Part shown: one piece after another, positions 13,011 to 23,354 of the stretch | Numbering within the stretch: position 1 is the first letter of the stretch | How the letters are laid out: each line of letters begins with the position of its first letter | DNA from: Octopus sinensis | Lineage: Eukaryota | DNA length: 64,000 nucleotides | Direction: 5' to 3' | NCBI RefSeq assembly: GCF_006345805.1 | Contig: NC_043011.1 | Coordinates: forward strand, 43,598,464-43,662,463 | Program-made: the position numbers and the translations under genes | The notes under the pieces: generated by a model | What the model saw: only the letters and a program-made list of their open reading frames with translations | What the model was told of the DNA's origin: nothing | Database searches by the model: none

Positions 13011-13650
13011 TCGAACGTTAGGTCTCACCATGGAAATGACTAGAGACCGAGACCTATAGAAGTATGCTGTGCGTGAGAAGACCCGGCAAGACTAGTGAAG
13101 CCATAACCCGTGGCCCCTACCTGGGACGTAGTCAGTCCACCTGTGCATACCTTCCTGCTTGTGACACTTGTGAAGACCTGTTGAGGCAAGTGAAAATCAA
13201 ATCAAATCAAATCAAACCAAATCAAAATAGATGAACATCAATGGAATTTGTATCCTTGTGGTACCAGTGCCGGTGGTACATAAGAAAACCATCTGAACGG
13301 GACCGTTGCCAGTACCGCATCGACTGGCCTCCGTGCTGTGGGCACGTAACAAACACCATCCGATCGTGGCCGTTCGCCAGCCTCGTCTGGCACCTGTGTC
13401 GGTGGCACATAAAAAACACCATCCGAGCGTGGCCGTCTGCCAGCCTCGTCTGGCGCCTGTGTCGGTGGCACATAAAATCACCCACTACACTCTCGGAGTG
13501 GTTAGCGTTAGGAAGGGCATCCTGCTGTAGAAACACTGCCAGATCTGACTGGCCTGGTGCAGCCTTCGGGCTTGCCAGACCCCAGTTGAACCGTCCAATC
13601 CATGCTAGCATGGAAAGCGGACGTTAAACGATGATGATGATGATGATGAT
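13011..13650 (+). mobile_element. RTE LINE 3' fragment (last RT codons plus 3'UTR plus (GAT)n tail)
   Basis: Matches 6550-7132. It is inserted at ACACATACTCT, which is uninterrupted in units 1 and 2. Confidence 0.88.
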
Positions 13651-14582
13651 ACCCTCTCTCTCTCCCTCTCATACACACACACACACATATACTCACACAT
13701 ACACATTCACTCACATTCATTCACACACACACTCACACACACACATTCACACAGACACAATACATACTCACACACACACATACACTCACACACATACACT
13801 CACACACATTCACACACACACATTCACACACACTCACACATACACACACACAACAACAACATTGCTCTATTGGGTACTGTAGTTATTTCATATAGGCTAC
13901 GCAGGACATTACGCCATTGATTACTATACACGTATTATATATTTCTTTATTGCCCACAAGGGGATAAACATAGAGGGGACAAACAAGGACAGACAAACGG
14001 ATTAAGTCGATTACATCGACCCCAGTGCGAAACTGGTACTTTATTTATCGACCCCGAAAGGATGAAAGGCAAAGTCGACCTCGGCGGAATTTGAACTCAG
14101 AACATAACGACAGACGAAATACCGACAAGCATTTCGCCCGGCGCGCTAACGTGTCTGCCAGGACAGTTAATACAACCAAATCAAAACTCCCTGCATATAC
14201 TCAAAGCCTACAGCACTAAAAACAATGGTAATCCCATGAAAAACAGGAAAAAAAATGCCAATTGTAAGCATTTTAAGGAAAAGACGGGGTTTCTAAATTC
14301 TAGAAATTAAGACGAACAGAAGAAATGTTATCAAGCATGAAAAACTAAAAAAATAAACAAAGTTTATAAGGGACAAAACTTGTTTGTTACAATATTGTTA
14401 TCTCCCTTACATGTGGCGGGAAATAATAAATATTGGCGGGATTTGTTAAAACACCGAAGAAAAAAGGATGAGATTTTATGAAAACAGAACAATAGTGGTC
14501 AGAGGTATTGTTACATGTGACCGAAATATGATCACATAAACATGGAGTAGTGAATGTTAAAAGAATGTGAACAAAAAAAATC

Positions 14583-14655
14583 CACCCAACGTGGGGCTCG
14601 AACCCACGACCCCGAGATTAAGAGTCTCGTGCTCTACCGACTGAGCTAGCCGGGT
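14583..14655 (-). tRNA. tRNA-Lys-CTT: tRNA-Lys(CTT), A1:U72 variant
   Basis: Identical to the 3732 and 8991 copies. Confidence 0.93.
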
Positions 14656-14763
14656 TGACTGGTAAACAGGTATATTTTAACCTTTATATTGCTTAAAGAT
14701 ATCAATGTGGTTAATGACATGTTGCTTTTTTAACTTTATAATTGTAATAAATGATAATATGTG

Positions 14764-15173
14764 GGCGATCTTTCGTATCTAGTAGACCTTTCCGTCGATT
14801 TCCGTAAAAAAATTTTTTTTTTACATATGGGCTTGCGGGAACTTTTGAAGTAATATACATACATATACACATACACCGAGTAAAAAATTTCAGTTATCTC
14901 TTTCTTTCACACATTACTCTGTCTCTTCACACACACTAACAGAAGCACTTCACTTACACAACATACTGTCTGTCTCCCACACCCCATCAAACACACACAC
15001 ACATCAATGCTTCACATGCACGGTAACTTCAAAAGAACTTCCCTCGTCATACAATCGCTTTCTCTTAGTCTCTTTCGCTCTCATTACTTCAAAAGTTCCC
15101 GCAAGCCCATATGTAAAAAAAAAATTTTTTTACGGAAATCGACGGAAAGGTCTACTAGAGACGAAAGATTGCC
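14764..15173. mobile_element. Non-autonomous DNA transposon (MITE), Merlin-like
   Basis: ~90-bp TIRs start GGC(G/A)ATCTTTCG. The 8-bp TSD is AATATGTG (14756-14763 / 15174-15181). Empty sites are present in units 1 and 2. Confidence 0.88.
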
Positions 15174-15479
15174 AATATGTGTATAATACATATAGAAAAA
15201 CTGTGCATATATTTTGTTTTATAAATGTACTATAGATATATACGCGTATATATGTGCACATATGTATACACACACTCAAACATACACACACACACACACA
15301 CATATATGCGAATATACGCAAAGAGAGCTGCATATAGATACATGTACATTTATGTGTGTGTTTTTAATTTAAATCTGTGTATATATATATATATATATAT
15401 CAAAGTAAATAAATATATATATATATATGTATATACACATATATATTTGTATACACACACACACATATACACATATATG

Positions 15480-15514
<35 letters not shown>

Positions 15515-16039
15515 TTATCATCATCATCATCGTTTAACGTCTGCTTTCCATGCTAGCACGGGTTGGACGATTTGACTGAGGACTGGCGAACCAGATGGCT
15601 GCGCCAGGCTCCAATCTGCTCTGGCAGATTTTGTACAGATGGATGCCCTTTCTAACACCAACCACTCCAAGAGTGGTATATATATATGTGTGTATATATA
15701 TATTCACACACATACATACACATATTTGTCTATATCAATCTACCCACACCAGTGGCGGCTTGTATATTGTCACTGCAGAACTGCAGCACCCCCTATTTCC
15801 ACTAGATATTATTGATAACATTCATTATAATGCTTTTTTCTTTAATTATTGGTTTAAATCTGAAATTATAATCTGGATAGGGAGTGGCTGTGTAGTAAGT
15901 AGTTTGCTTACCAACCACATAGTTTTGGGTTCAGTCCCATTGCATGGCACCTTGGGCAAGTGTCTACAACTATAGTTTCAGGTTGACCAAAGCCTCGTGA
16001 GTGAATTTGGTAGATAGAAACTGAAAGAAGCCCAACGTA

Positions 16040-16077
<38 letters not shown>

Positions 16078-16849
16078 TGTCTGTGTTTGTCCCCACCCGA
16101 TGTTGGTGTTTACATTCCCGTAATTTAGCAGTTCGGCAAAAGAGACTGATAGAATAGGTACTAGGCTTACAAAGAATAAGTCCTGAGGTTGATTTGTTCG
16201 ATTAAAGGTGGTGCTCCAGCATGACCATAGTCAAATTACTGAAACAAGTAAAAGAATATAGAAGCTAAAGATTTCAGAGCAGTTCTCCATAGTTATGATC
16301 TTCCTCTTTAATTTTCAAAGAGACTTTCACAAAGGCAGGACAGCTGACCTCTACGATGGAACATATTTTTTCTTATATGTCCCAAACAACAATATCTGGC
16401 CTGTTATCTTTACACTTGTCAGATGTTTTCATTGGAATGTTCCACCGGTATTCCAAGTTTTGTGTTGTTTAGTTCCTGGTGAAGTGTTGCGTCCTTGAGC
16501 AAGACACTTTATTTCACTTTGCTCCAGTCCACTCACCTGGCAAAAAGAGTAATACCTGTATTTCAAAGGACCAGCCTTGTCGCAATCTGTGTCACACTAA
16601 ATCTCTCTGAGAACTACTTTAACCGTACACATGTCTGTGGAGTGCTCAGCCACTTGCATGTTAATTTCACAAGCAAGCTGTTCCGTTGATCATATCAGTT
16701 GTGACCCTCATCGTTGTAACTAACAGAGTGCCCCTTGTGTTGTGTTGTATTGTGTGTGTGTGTGGTGTGTGTGTGTATGCATGTATGTATGTTCTTCTCT
16801 TTCTCTTTTTAATTTTAGAGTAAATTTTGACTGACCATTTTCTTGCTAG

Positions 16850-17250
16850 TAAAACTGTGAAGGAAAGAATCTTGTTTTAACCATCATTCTTTGAATCTTA
16901 AGAAAGTCTTGCAGAGTTTTATAGTACCGGGTATCATTTTCATTTATAGTATATAAATCCCAAGATTCCAAGGTCAACCATAATTTGCTCCAGGTCGGTC
17001 GGTATGTATCCTGTTGCTCCAATAATAATAGGTAAGAAACTGCAAGTATGTTTCTTGGGTCCTGGATTTGCAAACTTTATGTCAATGAACCATAAATGTC
17101 CTCAACATATGTTGACACGGTGCTACTCTGTCTCAGATCAATTGTGTTCTTCACAATAACTACAACTGACTGAAAAAGATGGTCTTCAGATCCTACATCA
17201 ACAGTGTACCTTGACTTTCAATGGAAGATGCAAATCTTTGAGAGGTCAAC
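16850..17250 (-). pseudogene. Relic of a non-LTR retrotransposon with a restriction-like endonuclease (R4/NeSL-type C-terminus)
   Basis: Frameshifted translation gives ...FLPIIIGATGYIPTDLEQIMVDLGIL... followed by IPGTIKLCKTFLRF*, typical of REL-domain ORF ends. Confidence 0.55.
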
Positions 17251-17489
17251 AGGGAGCAAACTGTCAGAGTTGGATGGTTTGCCCTGAAAACTTTATTACT
17301 ATATACCATACTTGTTTGCAGGGGTCTTGGCTGATTTCTACTGCAAACCACGAACATTCCCAGTTACGTGAACCAAAGAGCAGAGATAATGATGAAAAGG
17401 AATCTCAAAAAAGGGAAAAACATTTGACAATTTTAGGCCCATAACTCATCTAGTTGTGGTTCTACCATGGAAATGTACAAAAGAAATTA

Positions 17490-17930
17490 TGAGGGGGTGC
17501 TGAAAAGTTCCTGGCTTTGGATAAAAGAAAATACAGGAGGATCGGTTAATTACAATCTTATTTAACATATTCCCCTCTTAGATTCATAAACTTATTGCAA
17601 TGGTCCTTCAGTTTTTCTAAGCCCTGTAAAAGAACTCAGAAGTTTGGGCCTCCAACTACAGCTTTTATGATACCCTTAACCCTTTCATTACTGTATTTAT
17701 TTTGAGATGCTCTGTATTTCTTTCAATTACTTTAAATATAACAAAGAATTTAGTAAAATAACTTAGTTATCATTCAGCTAGTGTTAGGAACATAAATTGT
17801 GACTTAGGTTTGCTGGGAGATTTTAATTCAAAACTTATGAAAACAAGACATTTGTACTCAGACCCAGAGCTGGTTTCAGCCAGGTTGGTAACGAAAGGGT
17901 TAAAGCAAGGAACTTTTCAGCACACTCATG
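17490..17930. mobile_element. Tc1/mariner-type MITE with a nested piggyBac-like MITE (17678-17903)
   Basis: Outer TIR GAGGGGGTGCTGAAAAGTTCCT / AGGAACTTTTCAGCACACTC. The inner element reads TTAACCCTTTC...GAAAGGGTTAA. Confidence 0.7.
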
Positions 17931-20029
17931 TAGATGAACAGAATGTATGAAATGGCTGCAGTAGGTAGCTGTTCAGTTTGGTCATCAAATAGATGCTGCT
18001 GGTCATTATAATGATTCAAACACTGAAAGTTTATTTGAAATTGGCTACACTTAAGACAGCCATATGGCAATGGTTGGCCCTTTTGAAAGGTTTAACCTAA
18101 TCTAAATGAAACTGAGCCACACCAAAGCTACTTCTGTTCTTGATCCATTTTATGATGTAGGGATTGACATGGATAGATTCCCAGGAAGCTTCAGTCTCTA
18201 ATCTCAGACTACTTAAAGGTGGGAAGTACCCTTATTAAAATTTTTAACTGTGTTTAGCTGAGTTATGGGCACTAGTGTAACTAAGGCAGGGGGATCCACC
18301 GTGGATGGCACTTTTAAAGGGGCAGCACCTTTGGGTCTGCCGTAGGCAATGTGTTTTTTGGGGGGTCCAGGGGCAGCAAATGGAAGGGCTGCCCCGGGTG
18401 GCACACACTCTAGTTATGCTAGTGGTTATGGGCCTAAAATTGTTGAATATTTTTCTTTATTTTTCAAGTTCTTTCTCAACAATATCTTCATTCTTCCCCT
18501 CAGATAATTAGGAATGCTTGTAGCTTGTAGTAGACAACTGCCAAAACAACAATAAACAAGTCCGGTATGTAACTATAAACTTTTAGGATAAACCATCTGG
18601 TGGGAGAAATTTTCCCCTCGCTAGCCTTTCCAGGCTCTGTGTTTTCTATTGTTAGTTGGACCATAATCATGATGTAGGCATTGAAGATCATCTTCTCCAT
18701 TCAGTCTCTCTTCATGAACCACTTGGCGAGATCTTGTTGAATTTCTTCCTTGGAGTCATTCTGTAACTAAGAACCACCTCTCTCATTTCTACCAGGCAAA
18801 TGTAGACATCGAACCAATGATGACAAAACGTTCTTTGTCATTGAACCAGTTCTCTCCTGTGTCTCAAATATCAAATGTTTTAATAATGTAGACTGAAGTG
18901 GACGGCCTCTAAAGAGTCTCCAGGACATTTGTGAAAATCAGTTTCCTGAGAATCTGTAGTTTTTATGGTTCACTGCAGACACAACACTTACAACAAACCA
19001 TACTATAATGCTGCTGCTATATTATCTGCTATCAAAAGCCCGATTGAAAGCTGATTTCAGTTGCAGGAGAATTCTACTAGTACTGGATGTTATTGCTGGT
19101 GTGTGTGTATATACACTAAGCTACATACCTCAGTTTGGTAGGTGCATGTATCTCTCTCTTTTACTCTTTTACTTGTTTCAGTCATTTGACTGCGGCCATG
19201 CTGGAGCACCGCCTTTAGTCGAGCAAATCGACCCCGGGACTTATTCTTTGTAAGCCCAGTACTTATTCTATCGGTCTCTTTTGCCGAACCGCTAAGTGAC
19301 GGGGACGTAAACACACCAGCATCGGTTGTCAAGCAATGCTAGGGGGACAAACACAGACACACAAACATATACACACACACTTACATATATACGACAGGCT
19401 TTCAGTTTCCGTCTACCAAATCCACTCACAAGGCATTGGTCGGCCCGGGGCTATAGCAGAAGACACTTGCCCAAGATGCCACGCAGTCGGACTGAACCCG
19501 GAACCATGTGGTTGGTTAGCAAGCTACTTACCACACAGCCACTCCTGCGCATTATATATACATATATATTACATATACACACATATATCATGTGTGTGTG
19601 TCTGTGTTTGTCCCCCCACTCTACCCAACTTATGCTGGTGCGTTTACGTCCCCGTAACTCAGCGGTTCGGCAAATGAGGGCGGTAGAAATAAGTACTGGG
19701 CTTAGAAAGAATAAGTTCTGGGGTTGATTCGTTCGACAAAAGGCGGTGCTCCAGAATGGCCGCAGTCAAATGAATGAAACAAGTAAAAGAATAAAAGAAT
19801 ATATATATAATATAATGTAATATAAGCAAATAAATATATTTGCATATGGTGTACGTGTATATATATATAGCTTCGTTTCGTTGTCTCCATTTCGGTTTTA
19901 CATTTCGCATTTCAATTGTTTGAGTTATTAAGTGAAATATAAAAAAAAAGCAAATGCTGATCTTAATGGAAGCAACAAATGGAAGAAGCCGTTACTAGCA
20001 AATGCTAACTGAAGACTTGTTTTCATAAT

Positions 20030-20260
20030 TTAATGCGGCCAATATCAGATGATTATTTCCATAAAATTATATTTCGATAATGAAGGGGGAGGAGGTAAAC
20101 GATAAACATGAGACTTTAGTTGTTACAACTCCCCCCATTGGTGAAATGTATGTCATGTGATTACGTCAAGCCAATCAGTGACTGTCTTTTCACGGCGTAA
20201 GGTTTACCCGGTGTTCTCACTTCAAACATCCTGCCATCATGGTAAGTCGCACGTGTTGCA
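20030..20260 (+). promoter_or_regulatory. NOP56 proximal promoter (CCAAT boxes, E-box)
   Basis: CCAAT at ~20038 and ~20171, and CACGTG at 20250-20255, immediately around the ATG exon. Confidence 0.5.
20239..20241 (+). CDS. NOP56: NOP56 exon 1 (ATG only)
   Basis: GCCATCATG|GTAAGT. Exon 2 begins in phase 0 without its own ATG. Human NOP56 has the same ATG-only first coding exon, from memory. Confidence 0.8.
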
Positions 20261-23200
20261 ATTTCCTTCCTTTTACCAAATTTAATTATTAAACAACGTA
20301 AAAGGAAATTTAAAATCGTGTCTTTTTGAGTGATTTTCTTTGTCTTAATTAATACTTGTTAATTAATGTTTAAAAAAAATTATCATTTTTAATTGTGCTT
20401 TGTTAATTTTTGTTGTATATTATTAATTAAGAGCAGCGCATACCACGTGGTCAGTCTGGCTTTTTGCTCTGCTTCAGTCTTTTAACCCAATTTTGTGTAA
20501 TATTAACTTTTATGCGTCGTTACAAGTTATTTTGTCGGTTTACTATTAAATACAAGCTGTTTAATTGTCGTAAAATGTGCAAATAATGATTGTATGAGGA
20601 AAAAAAAATATTTTTCGTGAATAAGCGAAATTGAGAAATGGTATATCGGAATTTTCCAAGTTAATAAAATATGGATATGTTGGCGATTCCTGAAGAAATA
20701 GTATTCAGCTTTTGACCTGCTGCAATAACAACCAAATCTCAATCTACCGTCTTAAAATACACGACACTTTGTTATACAGACGTGATCGCCACGGTTAGGA
20801 TGTCTCGGATCGTGGAGCTGGTTTAAAGTTAAACTACAGTAGCAACATGAATTGTTTACGCCTGCCTGAAATTGGAATATTTATTATAGGACAATGATAT
20901 TTAGAATATGAAGTAAATTAATATTTAATGAGTGACTTGGAAAAATATGATCTGAAGTAGCTAAAACGAGGGAGTTAGGGGTGTCCTGCTTAAACGACAT
21001 TTAGGAGTTTGAGGGTTGATAAGAATAAATATGGATTGTCTACTGTAGGCACAAAGTCTGAAATTTTGGGGAGAGTTCGGAGACATCGATCCGAAGCTTT
21101 TCTTCTGGAATGTGTACTCAGATTTTGATGTCCTCTGATATTGTATCGAACCCTAGGTCAGTATATTTTAAAGACTTCCACACCCTCAGAGAATGTAGAT
21201 CATGCAACTATATTCTGTGCTATTGGCAGAGACTTATAACGTGAAATTCATTACCTACGAAAATTGAGGGACGGAGATTACGTGGCGCAATATAATAAAA
21301 TACACTTGGACTGCGGCCTGGCCGCTTGAAAACTTTGGATAGATTATACTAATACAAGATACAGTCGCGCGTGTAATTGTGTATTAAGTTCACGCACGTG
21401 TTGTCACAGAAGCACGAGTGCTTCGTAGTTCTACATTGCAAATAATCTAAACATATCTATACATTGTGATTATCTCAATAACTCCTATCTTTTTTTTTCT
21501 CCTACTTGTTTATGCGCGTGCATATACATATATAATTCATTTTTGGATCAGTGGATCTCGAAATCTATATATAATAGCATCTAAATACTGGGCTTAAAAT
21601 ATCTTTTTGGGATAGAAAAAGTCGTAGGCTGCTCGTGGGACATCAACAATATTTAAAGGGAGAGAGAAGAAACGGATCTGAAATATTGGTGTCTGATCGG
21701 CACATGACCCCGTTATACGATGTCCCCAGAATCTAGCCTTGGGCAAACCGCAGCTCGCTATGCTTTCTGGATGGCCATGCTCAAAGAAAATTTGCTTCGA
21801 ATCTTTTTAGTGATAAAATCTTTAAGATCGCTACGGATCAAACACAGAAATGGGGTCATACAAATACATAGAATGAATGAGTTCGTGTTTATAAAAATTT
21901 TTTTGCGATTATTATTTATACTTAGAATAAATAATTTACACATAAATAAAATTTATGACGACTTAAAACTTTTTTTTTATTAAGACGCAAGCAAATTTAG
22001 TGATTCGGTCCGTGTCTCCCTTTGATCAGACATATGTGGTCACTGGCGATGTTTCGGGTGATATCTCCTTTCTCTTAGAAGTTGTGGGGTAAATAATAAT
22101 ACAGGACTAATTATTGTAAAGAAATGACTTGAGTGATAAAATTAGGTGGTGCGGGGTGGGGAATAAACGAAACTTAACGATTGGTGAGAGCATCAGGCAT
22201 AACTACAGATTGTTTCCTCATAATTCTGGAAAAAATGAATATTTTTTAGTGAAATTTTCAGCAGATACCTTTCTAATGGTGTAGATTACGAGTATTTTGG
22301 AATTTGATTTGAAAGAAATAGTGGAGTGTGGCTTTTTTTTTTTTTTTTTTTCCTTCACAATCGTATGAATTCTCGTGTGTGCACCACAAATTCGCTGAAA
22401 TTTTCTGTAAATGCCAAAAAATAATAGGTTATGAAGGATTATATGGGATGCTTAAACCAGGATTCTGCCTTATATTCTTCCACGTCAAGTTACGATATGA
22501 TAATCTACACCATCTGGAACATATTTGCAGGAAATTTTATTAAAAGATACAAGTTTTCAGAAAGTTATAAGAAAACAGATCGAAGTGTGTGTATTGTTCA
22601 AAATTCCTGAGAATCTCTGGCGAAAGTTCTGCAACAAATTCCGATATAACCCTAATCTACTCCTTCTAAAATGTATCAGAAAATTTCGTTGAAAACAAAT
22701 ATGCATTTTTCAAGTTATAAAAACCAGAGGTGGGGTACACATTTGGAGTCGTATTAAGCATTGGGTGAAATACCTTGTGGTATTTTATGGCTATGGGTTC
22801 ATCTCTTGCTGTGGTCATGTTTCATCCTCTCTGGGTGGAGGCTCTAAGAATTAACAGTTTGCTTTTGGGCAGTTTTTGATAAAATTTGAAGCATGAAATC
22901 ATTTCTTGCTGTTTTCTATAATTGTTTACATTTCTAAAAGTTCACTTACAATATTACGGTACTACTAACGAAGGCTGGACCCGGTGTGCGCTAGCTAGTC
23001 GTAAGTAGTCGATCCTACAACGACTTGCGCGTATGCAAATGAATTGTGTTATTGGTTGTCTTCCAACCAATGGGTCTTATTAATGATCAGGACAAGGGGG
23101 TGGGGGTTAGTCTAAACAAACAAACAAGAAAACATCAAAACAAAGCCCTTCATGAATGCTGTAATATGCTCTCCTCTCTCGCTCAGACATTCTTACACAC

Positions 23201-23321
23201 GTGTAATGAACTGTTCCCAAAATATCTTCATCTTATCAAATCCATCAATCGATATCAACATATATATACTCATATACACGCACACATATATATACTCACA
23301 TACACACACATATACTCACAT

Positions 23322-23354
<33 letters not shown>

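Larger units (their letters stand above)
2828..16180. repeat. Three tandem segmental duplication units (~2828-7920, 7921-12777, 12778-16180), each with one tRNA-Lys gene
   Basis: Colinear shared unique sequence (e.g. ATTGCTCTAATGGGTACTGTAG... through the tRNA). The junction GAATAAG|TGTGTGTACCTGAG is identical at 7920 and 12777. Confidence 0.92.

Noticed and set aside
18817-18896. ATGATGA...CTGA pair 80 nt apart
   Set aside because: The terminal stem is only 3 bp, I recognised no antisense element, it lies outside any host intron, and it falls within a probable retroelement relic on the opposite strand.
20609-20620. TATTTTTCGT resembling the SNORD56 guide for 18S C517
   Set aside because: The match is imperfect, the context is AT-rich and there are no properly placed boxes.
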